A stretch of 64,000 nt of DNA, taken from Clostridia bacterium (GTDB lineage Bacteria; Bacillota; Clostridia; Peptostreptococcales; JAAYPU01). Both the position numbers and the translations under genes were made by a program. Position 1 is the first letter of the stretch, and every line of letters starts with the position of its first letter. Positions 39,269-48,572 of the stretch are shown here, one piece after another. Location of the stretch: positions 23,104-87,103 of the forward strand of contig JADQBM010000054.1 of the NCBI GenBank assembly GCA_016278615.1, read 5' to 3'. The notes below the pieces were generated by a model. That model searched no databases, had not been told where the DNA came from, and saw nothing but the letters and a program-made list of their open reading frames with translations.

Positions 39269-40654
39269 ATGAGTATATTAATTAAAAACGGTACTATCAT
39301 TACAGCCATTGATGAATTTGTGGGAGATATTTTTGTTGAAGGAGAGACCATCAGAGCGGTTGGAGAAAACCTTAAAGTAGAGGCGGATGAAACCATAGAG
39401 GCTGAAGGAAAGTACGTACTGCCCGGGGGTATAGACCAACATGTTCATTTTTCTTTCAATTATAGAGGAGAAAAGGTTAGAGGATTTGAGACATCCAACG
39501 CAGCTTTAGTTGGCGGAACCACAACTCTGATTGAATTTGTGAATCAAGAAGAAGGCAAAGGAATGATTGAAACCATAGACAACTATAACAAAGAGTCCGT
39601 AGAGAGTATCGCTATGGTTGATTATTGCTTTCACGGTGTAGCGGGAGAGGCTAATGAACAATTGTTTGCAGAAATCCCTAAAATGGCGGAATATGGCGTA
39701 CCTACCATGAAGCTCTTTATGGCATATAAAGGGGCACCTTATCATTGTGATGATGCAGCAATATTCAGAGCGCTACAAGCATCCAAAGACGCAGGGGTTA
39801 CCATTATGGTACATGCTGAAAATGCAGATATCATTGATATTTTGCAAAAACAGCTTGTTGCTGAAGGAAAAGTTGAGCCTTATTATCATGCAGTATCCAG
39901 ACCCGTCTATGCAGAAGTAGAAGCAACACAAAGAGCAATTTATCTTGCAGCTACTGCTGGCGCCCCTCTTTATGTGGTCCATGTTTCCTGTCAGGAAGCA
40001 ATGGAAGCCATAAGAGAAGCCAATAACAAAGGCTTGCCCATCTTTGGTGAGACATGCGCACACTATTTGGTACTGGATGAATCCGATTTGGCCAAGCCAA
40101 ATTTTGAAGGGGCGAAGTATGTTTGCTCGCCTCCATTGAGAACACAAAGACATAGAGATGTCTTATGGAATGCAGTAAAAAATAACTGGCTTAATGCCGT
40201 GAGTTCGGATCATTGTGGTTTTGATTTTAAAAAACAAAAACATATGGGCATTAAAAACTTTGCAGATATCCCCAACGGCACACCCAGCCTTGAAAACCGC
40301 TTTGATATCTTATGGACTTATGGGGTTGAGGCAGGGAAAATAAGCAGATCAAAGTTTGTAGAATTATTTTCCACAAATCCTGCAAAAATCAATGGGTTAG
40401 ATAACAAAGGGCATATAGGGATTGGATATGATGCAGATATTGTTATATTTGATCCTGATAAAAAAGGGATTATTACGGCGGAAGGAAGCTTACAAGGTGT
40501 AGACTACAGCCCTTACGAGGGGATGGAAAAAATCGGAACTGTTGAGAAAGTATATCTAAGGGGTAATCTAACAGTCAAAGACGGAAAGTTTATAGGAGAA
40601 AAAGGCCAAGGAAGATTTATCAAAGGAAAGCCATTTGGACTGTGCTACAAATAA
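39269..40654 (+). CDS. Dihydropyrimidinase / D-hydantoinase (cyclic amidohydrolase)
   Basis: GGIDQHVHF (HxH metal site), MKLFMAYKG (carboxylated Lys), MVHAEN, YVVHVS, VSSDHCGF. Confidence 0.85.
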   Translation: MSILIKNGTIITAIDEFVGDIFVEGETIRAVGENLKVEADETIEAEGKYVLPGGIDQHVHFSFNYRGEKVRGFETSNAALVGGTTTLIEFVNQEEGKGMIETIDNYNKESVESIAMVDYCFHGVAGEANEQLFAEIPKMAEYGVPTMKLFMAYKGAPYHCDDAAIFRALQASKDAGVTIMVHAENADIIDILQKQLVAEGKVEPYYHAVSRPVYAEVEATQRAIYLAATAGAPLYVVHVSCQEAMEAIREANNKGLPIFGETCAHYLVLDESDLAKPNFEGAKYVCSPPLRTQRHRDVLWNAVKNNWLNAVSSDHCGFDFKKQKHMGIKNFADIPNGTPSLENRFDILWTYGVEAGKISRSKFVELFSTNPAKINGLDNKGHIGIGYDADIVIFDPDKKGIITAEGSLQGVDYSPYEGMEKIGTVEKVYLRGNLTVKDGKFIGEKGQGRFIKGKPFGLCYK

Positions 40655-40688
40655 AGACGCATTAACCATTAAAAATAGAAATACCATC

Positions 40689-40723
40689 AAAAAACAGCAT
40701 TTTTTTATTAATGCTGTTTTTTG
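40689..40723 (+). terminator. Rho-independent terminator after the hydantoinase gene
   Basis: AAAAACAGCAT / ATGCTGTTTTT stem followed by a T-run. Confidence 0.7.
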
Positions 40724-40917
40724 ATGCACCCCGTCTCCTCGCCTAATTGTAACCAAAACAACTCTAAAAGAATAATGTAAAACGATGAAGAGAATATATT
40801 AATTCTTAAGGATCAAGTCGCAATAATCTATATTTTTTAAATGCCTCTAAAATATGTGAACTTAGGAATGTACACTTCATCGACTTATAGAGTTTAAAAT
40901 TTAAAGGAGGAATAGTT

Positions 40918-41925
40918 TTGAAAAGTAAATGGTGTAAAGGTTTGATTTTGGGATTGGTTTGTTTACTTATTCCCTTGTTGGGCACGGGTTGCCAGACAGC
41001 AGAAGACTTAACAGTGGTGAAGCTGAATGAAGTCGCACATACTATTTTTTATGCACCCCAATATGCAGCAATAAGCCAAGGATTTTTTGAGGAAGAGGGT
41101 TTAGAAATTGACTTGGTATGCGGTCAGGGCGCGGATAAGGTGACAACCGCCGTCTTGTCTGGGGATGCAGACATAGGTTTCTGCGGTCCAGAGGCGACCA
41201 TCTATGTCTATAACGAAGGAAAAGAGGACTATGTGGTTTCCTTTGCGCAATTGACAAAACGAGATGGGTCTTTTCTGCTCTCCAGAGAAGAAAACCCGGA
41301 TTTTACTTTTGATGAAGTCATAGGAAAGGAAATCATTGGCGGTCGTAAGGGTGGAATGCCTGAAATGACACTTGAATGGGTACTCAAAGATAATGGAATT
41401 ATTCCCGGAGAAGATGTATTTGTAGACACAAGCATTCAATTTGCCGCTATGTCAGGAGCATTTATTGGAGGAACTGGAGATTATGTAACACTTTTTGAAC
41501 CCACAGCACTGGCTTTAGAAAAAGAGGGCCTTGGCTATGTTGTAGCCTCTATTGGTGTTGAAAGTGGAGAGCTTCCTTATACTTGCTATAATGCAAAAAA
41601 GAGTTTTATTGAAAACAATCCAGACATTATTCAAAAGTTTACAAATGCCATTTATAAGGGGCAACTTTGGGTAGAGGCACATACTTCTGAAGAAATAGCA
41701 GCAGCAATAATGGAGTTCTTCCCAGATACTTCTATGGAGGATTTGACAGCTGTTGTAGAAAGATATAAGAGCCAAGACACATGGAAAAAGGAACCTGCTC
41801 TTTCTCAAGAGGCCTTTGAACATTTGCAGGATATCATAGAAGAAGCAGGAGTGTTAGAAAAAAGAGCGCCTTATGATGCATTGGTTACTACTGAATTTGC
41901 AGAAAACGTTATTAGTGGAGAATAA
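40918..41925 (+). CDS. ABC transporter substrate-binding lipoprotein (NMT1/THI5-like, nitrate/sulfonate/bicarbonate family)
   Basis: Lipobox LLGTGC. Fold family is inferred from sequence character and from the SsuB/SsuC-type partner genes. Confidence 0.65.
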   Translation: MKSKWCKGLILGLVCLLIPLLGTGCQTAEDLTVVKLNEVAHTIFYAPQYAAISQGFFEEEGLEIDLVCGQGADKVTTAVLSGDADIGFCGPEATIYVYNEGKEDYVVSFAQLTKRDGSFLLSREENPDFTFDEVIGKEIIGGRKGGMPEMTLEWVLKDNGIIPGEDVFVDTSIQFAAMSGAFIGGTGDYVTLFEPTALALEKEGLGYVVASIGVESGELPYTCYNAKKSFIENNPDIIQKFTNAIYKGQLWVEAHTSEEIAAAIMEFFPDTSMEDLTAVVERYKSQDTWKKEPALSQEAFEHLQDIIEEAGVLEKRAPYDALVTTEFAENVISGE

Positions 41926-41976
41926 GAATTAGTGTATTGTTGAAGCTGTTGTTTTGATATTTCTAAGAAGGAAAAG

Positions 41977-42750
41977 GTGAGAATGGTGAGTAAAAAGATA
42001 TTAACGATCCGCAATTTAACGAAATCCTACCATACTATAAGCAGTGAAACCCTTGCAATAAAAGACTTCTCTTTAACCCTATTTGAGGGTGAGTTTATTG
42101 TCATCGTGGGACCAAGTGGATGCGGAAAATCTACGATTTTATCTATTTTATCGGGTCTTTTGGAGCCATCTTCAGGAGAGATTATTTATCATTCACAGGC
42201 AAATTCCCTTACCATCGGTTATATGTTGCAAAATGATCACTTGTTTCCCTGGCGGACCATATTAAAAAATGCTATTCTCGGTCTAGAGATTCAAGGAAGG
42301 GCAACACAAGATAATATCGATAAAGTAAAACGTCAATTAGAGATGTATGGATTAGGCAAATTCATTAACAGCTACCCAAATCAGCTATCGGGAGGAATGC
42401 GCCAGAGAGCAGCGCTCATTCGAACTTTAGCGATTAACCCGGATATATTTCTTTTAGATGAACCTTTTTCCGCCTTAGATTATCAAACCAGATTGGCAGT
42501 TTCTGAAGACATTGTCTCCATTTTAAAAAAAGAGAAGAAGACAGTTATTATGATTACACATGACTTAAATGAGGCCATATCTATGGCCTCAAAGGTAATT
42601 GTAATCAGTAAGAGACCAGGAAAGATTATTGATGCCCATGAGATCCAACTTTCATCAGAGGGAGAAAGCATGCTTGATAAAAGAAAAGCACCTGAATTTA
42701 TGGACTACTACAATCAAATCTGGAAGGAGTTGGATGTTCATGTGGAATAA
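41977..42750 (+). CDS. ABC transporter ATP-binding protein (SsuB/TauB-like)
   Basis: GPSGCGKSTIL, LSGGMRQRAALIRTL, LLDEPFSALD. The start could instead be ATG 41983. Confidence 0.85.
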   Translation: MRMVSKKILTIRNLTKSYHTISSETLAIKDFSLTLFEGEFIVIVGPSGCGKSTILSILSGLLEPSSGEIIYHSQANSLTIGYMLQNDHLFPWRTILKNAILGLEIQGRATQDNIDKVKRQLEMYGLGKFINSYPNQLSGGMRQRAALIRTLAINPDIFLLDEPFSALDYQTRLAVSEDIVSILKKEKKTVIMITHDLNEAISMASKVIVISKRPGKIIDAHEIQLSSEGESMLDKRKAPEFMDYYNQIWKELDVHVE

Positions 42751-43549
42751 AAATCTTCAAAAACTATCTGAACATGAAAAATATCTTGTTCAAATTAAAA
42801 AAGAAAATATAAAAGTGCATGCTACGAGGGTTAGCATCCTTATTGTATTTTTTTGCTTGTGGGAACTTGCAGCTAATTTGTCATGGATAGACCCTTTCAT
42901 TGCAAGCCAGCCTACGGCTATATTTGAAACCTTAGTACAACTTAGTTCCAATGGCGAACTCTATCGACACTTGCTAATTACTATAGGGGAAACCGTTGTA
43001 GGTTTTATGTTAGGGACTATACTAGGAACGCTAGTGGCAATTTTGCTATGGTGGTCTCCATTTTTATCAAGAGTTTTGGATCCGTATATTGTTGTATTAA
43101 ACAGCTTGCCCAAGGTTGCATTAGGTCCTATTATCATCGTATGGGTGGGCGCAGGATTTGCCGCTGTTATTACAATGACATTATTGATATCCGGGATTAT
43201 AACGATTATTAATGTTTATGGAGGATTCCATGAAGTGGATCAGGAAAAGATCATTCTCGTGAGAAGTTTTGGGGCAACAAAAAAACAAGTGCTTCAAAAA
43301 GTGATACTGCCTGCCAGCTTTCCTAACATTATAAACGCTTTAAAAATAAATGTAGGACTTTCTTGGGTAGGGGTCATAATGGGTGAGTTTTTAGTATCAA
43401 AAGCTGGTTTAGGGTATTTGATTGTCTATGGAAGTCAAGTTTTCAAGTTGAATTTAGTTATGACAAGTGTTCTTGTATTGGCAGTAGCTTCTGTAGGAAT
43501 GTACTTAGGAGTGGCTTATTTGGAAAAGAAAATAATAAGACATCTTTGA
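42740..43549 (+). CDS. ABC transporter permease (SsuC/TauC-like, BPD_transp_1)
   Basis: Six hydrophobic helices. ATG 42740 (or 42734) follows SD GGAAGGAG (42722-42729). The track start at 42629 overlaps the ATPase gene by 120 nt. Confidence 0.75.
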   Translation: MWNKNLQKLSEHEKYLVQIKKENIKVHATRVSILIVFFCLWELAANLSWIDPFIASQPTAIFETLVQLSSNGELYRHLLITIGETVVGFMLGTILGTLVAILLWWSPFLSRVLDPYIVVLNSLPKVALGPIIIVWVGAGFAAVITMTLLISGIITIINVYGGFHEVDQEKIILVRSFGATKKQVLQKVILPASFPNIINALKINVGLSWVGVIMGEFLVSKAGLGYLIVYGSQVFKLNLVMTSVLVLAVASVGMYLGVAYLEKKIIRHL

Positions 43550-43560
43550 CAATAAAGTTT

Positions 43561-43600
43561 TATAGCTACGGATGAAGTTTCAAACTCATCTGTAGCTATA
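43561..43600. terminator. Bidirectional hairpin between convergent genes
   Basis: TATAGCTACGGATGA ... TCATCTGTAGCTATA long imperfect palindrome. Confidence 0.6.
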
Positions 43601-43675
43601 AACTATAATTAATAAATAGGTCGATATTTAAGTCCAATTTTAGCAAATTTTAGTAAAGCATTAACGAGAAGTTAA

Positions 43676-44248
43676 CTATTTATTTAAAGTCTTTAATACC
43701 CATGCGATGTTTTGACCTAAATCTTTCATGGTCTTCATGCCTTCATCGTCCTTAAGGACATCCCCTATATCTCTTCCAACACCTTGGTTCCAATAACTTG
43801 AACCAACAATAATGCCTTCTGAGATGGTAAACAGATTGTTCATTGAGTTAAAGGCTGCTATGGCACCGTTTCTTCTCATGGCCACCACAGAAGCACATAC
43901 TTTTCTTTTTAATATTTGGTTAGGTCTTCCTAAATAACCCACTCGATCAATAAAGGCTTTCATTTGCGCAGACAAATCAGCGAAATAAACGGGTGATCCA
44001 AGGAGAATGCCGTCAGACTGAATAATCTTTTCAACGGCTTCATTAACAATATCATCATCAAAAATACAACGATTATTTAATTTTTTCTTGCATTCCATAC
44101 AAGCGATACATCCGTGAATATTTCTATCCCCCACATGTACGATTTCTGTCTCTATTCCTTCTTTTTCAAGAGAATCACATACTGTTTTCAATAGAGAATA
44201 TGTATTACCGTTTTTTCGGGGACTCCCATTAAAAGCTGTTATTTTCAT
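43676..44248 (-). CDS. Iron-sulfur flavoprotein / NADPH-dependent FMN reductase family
   Basis: Flavodoxin-like N-terminus (MKITAFNGSPRKNGNT). Compact Cys motif CIACMECKKKLNNRC (CxxCxxCx7C), as in ISF proteins. Confidence 0.7.
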   Translation of the reverse strand: MKITAFNGSPRKNGNTYSLLKTVCDSLEKEGIETEIVHVGDRNIHGCIACMECKKKLNNRCIFDDDIVNEAVEKIIQSDGILLGSPVYFADLSAQMKAFIDRVGYLGRPNQILKRKVCASVVAMRRNGAIAAFNSMNNLFTISEGIIVGSSYWNQGVGRDIGDVLKDDEGMKTMKDLGQNIAWVLKTLNK

Positions 44249-44343
44249 TTTTTCATACCTCCTACAAATAATTCTAAGACTATTATATCATTATTTTTTA
44301 ATATTTAGCACAAAATAGAAGGAAAAAGGAAAGAGGGAGAAAG

Positions 44344-45300
44344 ATGAAAATTCGGTTTGGCTATGTAGCATCTGCTTTAAATCTTGAGGGAATCACGTCG
44401 TCAGGGGTGCTTACTTTTTCCAGATACAAAAAACTATCCCCAGATGACAGGATTAATGAGTTGAAACGAGTTACCATGTCTAATATCAAGGCACTGGAAA
44501 CAATAATAAAATACAACATTAAGAACCAGATTCATTTTTATAGAATTACTTCAAAGCTTTTTCCACTGGCTACACATCCTGAAGTAACAGAATGGAATTA
44601 CAAGGATATTTTTTATAAAGAGTTGGTAGACGTGGGGTCGTTGATTAAAAAATATGACATGAGAGTGGATACCCATCCAGATCATTTTAATGTCATTAAC
44701 AGCTTAAAAGAAACGGTTGTCAGTAGCACCATAAAAGAATTGGAATATCATAATAATATTTTTGAATTGTTAGATTATCCTGAAGGAAAGATGATATTGC
44801 ACTTAGGAAGTACTCAAGGAGGAAAGGAACAAAGCATTGAGCGTTTAGTAAAAAATTTTGAAACAATCTCCAAAGACATCCAATCTAAAATAATTTTGGA
44901 GAATGATGATAAAACCTTTAATATTTTAGAAACTTTATCTACATGTCAAAGGTTGAATATTCCCATGGTATTGGATTATCATCATTATATTTGTAATAAA
45001 GGCGGAATTATTTTAGAAGATTATATACATGAAATATTAGAGACCTGGCGGAAGCAAGCGCTTCCGCCAAAGGTGCATATTTCAAGTTCGCGAGAAGAAA
45101 AAAATAAGATGAGTCATTCAGATTATTTGGATCCTAAAAATCTTTTTGATTTTCTTGAGATTCTAAAAAAAGGAGAGCGGGATGTAGATGTGATGCTTGA
45201 ATCTAAACAAAAAGACAGAGCACTTTTTAGGCTCATGAAGGAGATTAGAGAGATTGACAAAAATATCAAGTGGATAGATGAAACTACCATGGAAATATGA
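44344..45300 (+). CDS. uvdE: UV damage endonuclease UvdE
   Basis: IRFGYVASAL, DTHPDHF, LENDDK, LDYHH: TIM-barrel UvdE signature segments. Confidence 0.8.
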   Translation: MKIRFGYVASALNLEGITSSGVLTFSRYKKLSPDDRINELKRVTMSNIKALETIIKYNIKNQIHFYRITSKLFPLATHPEVTEWNYKDIFYKELVDVGSLIKKYDMRVDTHPDHFNVINSLKETVVSSTIKELEYHNNIFELLDYPEGKMILHLGSTQGGKEQSIERLVKNFETISKDIQSKIILENDDKTFNILETLSTCQRLNIPMVLDYHHYICNKGGIILEDYIHEILETWRKQALPPKVHISSSREEKNKMSHSDYLDPKNLFDFLEILKKGERDVDVMLESKQKDRALFRLMKEIREIDKNIKWIDETTMEI

Positions 45301-45304
45301 TAGA

Positions 45305-45735
45305 ATTTTAGAACAGGGTACAGGTGACAGGTGACAGGGAACAGAGATTAGAGATGTGTAGGGACGAGATTAGGGATTAGGGATTAGAGATTAGGGATGT
45401 GTAGGGACGACCCTTGCGGTTGTCCTTAAGAGATTGTAGGGGCCGGTCGCCGTGCCTGCCCGAGAAAAAGCAAGTTGAAGTTTAAGTGTAAGTAGAAGTG
45501 AAAGTTGAAGGATAAGGGTAAGCAGAAGCAGAAGCAGAAGTAGTTTAAGGTTAGCAAGAAGTCTTTAAACTAACACTACTCCGAAGGAGTCCATTTAAAC
45601 TTAAACTCAACTTATGCTACTCCGAAGGAGTCCACTTAAACTTCAACTTATGCTACTCCGAAGGAGTCCATTTAAACTTAAACTCACCTATGCTACTCCG
45701 AAGGAGTCTATTTATACTTAATACTTATACTAGGA
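45305..45735. repeat. Composite mosaic element (heptamer arrays, GC-rich word, AAGNNN hexamer array, ~41-bp tandem repeats)
   Basis: ACAGGKN heptamers at 45311-45345. TTAGGGA-type repeats with ATGTGTAGGGACGA twice. GTAGGGGCCGGTCGCCGTGCCTGCCCG. Twelve in-phase AAGNNN hexamers at 45472-45543. Four tandem units containing ACTCCGAAGGAGTC at 45576-45730. Confidence 0.85.
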
Positions 45736-45743
45736 GAATTATC

Positions 45744-46190
45744 ATGCATGAATTTTTTATGAGAGAAGCGTTAAAAGAAGCCCAAAAAGCATATGAATTG
45801 GGAGAAGTACCCATAGGAGCCGTTGTTGTAAAAGAGGGGAAGATCGTTGGGTCGGGACATAATATGAGGGAAAGTTTAAAAGATCCTATAGCACATGCGG
45901 AGATTATGGCAATACGAGAGGCTTCCAAGTGTTTAGGTGGATGGAGATTGATAGATTGCGAAATGTATGTTACAGTAGAGCCGTGTCCTATGTGTGCAGG
46001 TGCAGCAGTGATGGCAAGGCTTAAGCATGTTTACATTGGTACTATGGACAGCAAAGGTGGGGCAGCAGGTTCCGTTATGAACGTTTTACAGGATGAACGC
46101 TTAAATCATATGCTTCTGATTACAACAGGGATTTTACAGGAGCAATGTGAAAAAATCATGAAAGATTTTTTCAAACAGTTAAGACACTAA
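45744..46190 (+). CDS. tadA: tRNA adenosine(34) deaminase
   Basis: HAEIMAIREAS and VEPCPMCAGA zinc-binding motifs. The start is MHEFFMREAL after SD TAGGAGA. The track start at 45690 reads through the repeat. Confidence 0.85.
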   Translation: MHEFFMREALKEAQKAYELGEVPIGAVVVKEGKIVGSGHNMRESLKDPIAHAEIMAIREASKCLGGWRLIDCEMYVTVEPCPMCAGAAVMARLKHVYIGTMDSKGGAAGSVMNVLQDERLNHMLLITTGILQEQCEKIMKDFFKQLRH

Positions 46191-46210
46191 GAAAAGGTGA
46201 GTGATACAAA

Positions 46211-46360
46211 ATGTGGGAAGTATTGGATAACGACATATTGAGTATTTTTCTTACGGCGCTGGTTTTGTTAGGGGCTGGGATGTTGATTAAAAATTTGAAA
46301 GAAAAGAAAGAAGCGCAAACAAAAGGCAATCCAAATAACGATTTCAAAAGAAAAAAGTAA
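46211..46360 (+). CDS. Possible small membrane protein (49 aa)
   Basis: Not in the ORF track (under 60 aa). ATG 46211 follows SD AAGGTGAG. It has one hydrophobic helix (ILSIFLTALVLLGAGMLI) and a Lys-rich tail. Confidence 0.35.
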   Translation: MWEVLDNDILSIFLTALVLLGAGMLIKNLKEKKEAQTKGNPNNDFKRKK

Positions 46361-46403
46361 TTGATAGCATGACATAACCCTCTGAAGAAAGGAAAAAACT
46401 AAA

Positions 46404-46673
46404 ATGCTTAAAAGAATTTTTATTGTTGCATTGATTATCCTAATGAGCCTGTCTTTTTATTGTGTGGTTTTTGCAGATAGCAACATAGAGAATGATGAAC
46501 CTTCTACCCTTACAGCGCAGGATGACAATCAAGAAACAACTCAAGAAAGCACAGGAGAAAGCAGAGAGCTCACAACCAGCAGGAGGTATTCATTACAAAT
46601 AGGAATTGCTTTATTAATAATCATTGGAGCCTATAAAATCTATAAATACATTAAATGTAAAAAAAGATCTTAA
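46404..46673 (+). CDS. Hypothetical secreted/anchored protein (89 aa)
   Basis: N-terminal signal-like helix, an acidic Thr/Gln-rich middle and a C-terminal TM helix with a basic tail. Confidence 0.5.
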   Translation: MLKRIFIVALIILMSLSFYCVVFADSNIENDEPSTLTAQDDNQETTQESTGESRELTTSRRYSLQIGIALLIIIGAYKIYKYIKCKKRS

Positions 46674-46895
46674 CTTTTCATGTGGCACCTTAGGATTCTT
46701 AGTCACAGATAATAAGTGAATAAAATAAATTTAATAAAATAGTAATGGTTCTTTAATATGAACGTAACAATTGCAGTTTAATATAAGAGAAGAAGCAAAC
46801 AAGTTCTCCCTCTCTTTAATATATATAAATGCTTAAACTGCGGATTTATTTTTCTGAACTCGCAGTTTTTTGCTTTACAGGCATGAGGTGATAAA

Positions 46896-47120
46896 ATGAA
46901 TCATAAAACAGTTAAAACAATATCTAATATCCTTTTTTATATGGCTATAATTATTGGAGGATATGGGATATTTAAAACAATTATTACTTATATAAACACA
47001 CCACCAGGGGTATGCCCTATTTCGAGTTATAGACAATATTTAATTTATGCCTTGGGATTATCCGTTCTTTCTTTAATTGCGACATGGTTTAATGATAGGA
47101 GATTAGGGAATAGAGATTAA
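46896..47120 (+). CDS. Hypothetical membrane protein (74 aa)
   Basis: SD GAGGTGA. Two hydrophobic helices. The last codons run into the heptamer repeat array. Confidence 0.5.
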   Translation: MNHKTVKTISNILFYMAIIIGGYGIFKTIITYINTPPGVCPISSYRQYLIYALGLSVLSLIATWFNDRRLGNRD

Positions 47121-47170
47121 GATGAATAGATGAAAGTTATGGTTAGTTTTGCTTAGGCAAAACTTTCTTT
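47095..47170. repeat. Short mosaic element (heptamer array plus hairpin)
   Basis: GATTAGGGAATAGAGATTAAGATGAATAGATGAAAG, then the hairpin GGTTAGTTTTGCTTAGGCAAAACTTTC. The same word occurs at 61898-61922. Confidence 0.7.
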
Positions 47171-47171
47171 A

Positions 47172-48092
47172 TTATTCATTAGAATCCTTCTTTTTGCGGC
47201 CAAGGAGGTTGGCGCCTAATACGCCCGCTATGATCAAAGCGGAACCAATGGCTTGATATGTTGAAAAGGGTTCTCCTAAAAAGATAATACCTACAAATAT
47301 AGAAATAACAGTGGATACATTTAGAAAAACACCAGTTTTGTAAGCTTCAATATTCTGCAATGCTTGATTCAGAAAAAAGGTTGATAACACTGTGGTTCCG
47401 ATACCTAAATATAAAACAGAAAAGACAAAAGAAGTATTTTTCAAAGGCTCAAATATTAAAAACATTGTGCCATTAAGCAAATGATGACCTAAAAGCAACA
47501 CACTGTAAAAAATTGCAGATACTGCAAACATGCCATAGCTCATTTCAAATGGAGAGAATTTATTCTTATAGCTTCTTGCAAGGACATTATAAGCGGATTG
47601 TGCAAAGCTGGAAAAGAACAGCAGAACAAGTCCCAACATACTGGCATCCTTAAGATTAAAGCCTTTCATAAAAAAGATAAAGATAACCCCTGAGATAGAT
47701 ACAGAAATGCCAATAGTCTGAAGAAAACTTGGTCTTTCTTTTAGAAATATGGAAGCAAGGATCGCAATCAGTGCAGGAGAGACTGCAAACATGATACCAC
47801 TTTCTATAGAGGATGCGTATTGCAGCCCCATAGCTTGCAGACCAAAGAACAGAACAGAATAAAAAAGAGCTAAAAGACTTAGAGCTTTATAATCCTCTAA
47901 ATAGAGATTTATTTTAAGAATTTTAGTTTTCTTTAGAAGGAAAAGACAAATGAAAGCTACAAAAAATCTAAAGGCAACGGCTTCTAAAGGGGTAGAAGTT
48001 GCTACGGATATTTTTGAACCTATAAATGAAAAACCAACTAAAATCGAAAATAGGATAATACTAATATATGCAACAACGATGTCTCGTTTCAA
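47172..48092 (-). CDS. EamA/DMT family transporter
   Basis: Ten hydrophobic helices in two EamA-like halves. 306 aa. Confidence 0.7.
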   Translation of the reverse strand: MKRDIVVAYISIILFSILVGFSFIGSKISVATSTPLEAVAFRFFVAFICLFLLKKTKILKINLYLEDYKALSLLALFYSVLFFGLQAMGLQYASSIESGIMFAVSPALIAILASIFLKERPSFLQTIGISVSISGVIFIFFMKGFNLKDASMLGLVLLFFSSFAQSAYNVLARSYKNKFSPFEMSYGMFAVSAIFYSVLLLGHHLLNGTMFLIFEPLKNTSFVFSVLYLGIGTTVLSTFFLNQALQNIEAYKTGVFLNVSTVISIFVGIIFLGEPFSTYQAIGSALIIAGVLGANLLGRKKKDSNE

Positions 48093-48130
48093 TCTAATCT
48101 CACTCCTTTAAATTAAACAGGAAAAACATT

Positions 48131-48481
48131 TCATGCCTCTCCGCTAATGGCTAAATTGCAAAATAAGTCATATTCATTTAGAGATAAGGTGAGATGTTCA
48201 TAATTCAACTCAAAATTTGCAACGGATGAATTCAAATCAATATTTCTCAGAACATGAATCGTTGCACAGTTATTATCTTTGGATTTTGCTATTCGAATTA
48301 AGACGCCATAAACACTAGGAAATTGAATGCCTTCAAAAAGCCCTTTGTTTTGCAGTGTAGAGGAAAGCCTTAAAGTTCTGTAATCAATGGGAACCAATAA
48401 ATCCATATCCCATTGGTCTTCGTGGACAACTCTTATTTCAATATCGCTTTGAATATTCAAATTATAATTGTTATAAGTCAT
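48131..48481 (-). CDS. Hypothetical protein (116 aa)
   Basis: ORF only; no motif recognised. Confidence 0.4.
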   Translation of the reverse strand: MTYNNYNLNIQSDIEIRVVHEDQWDMDLLVPIDYRTLRLSSTLQNKGLFEGIQFPSVYGVLIRIAKSKDNNCATIHVLRNIDLNSSVANFELNYEHLTLSLNEYDLFCNLAISGEA

Positions 48482-48572
48482 TATTTTCTCCAGCCTTCAA
48501 AACTATATTATAATATAATGATATAATAAATATAATAACAAATATACTAAAATAAATGAATGGTTAAACAAT

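Noticed and set aside
45347-45410. TTAGGGA repeats resembling telomeric TTAGGG
   Set aside because: This is an internal chromosomal position within a mosaic element that also holds other heptamer flavours. The resemblance is coincidental.
45576-45730. Tandem 41-44 bp repeats (also at 52041-52165) considered as a CRISPR array
   Set aside because: The units are directly adjacent with no unique spacers. No cas genes are present, and the units form part of a larger mosaic element.
48482-48572. LexA (Cheo box, GAAC-N4-GTTC) sites upstream of dinB and uvdE
   Set aside because: No match is visible in either upstream region.
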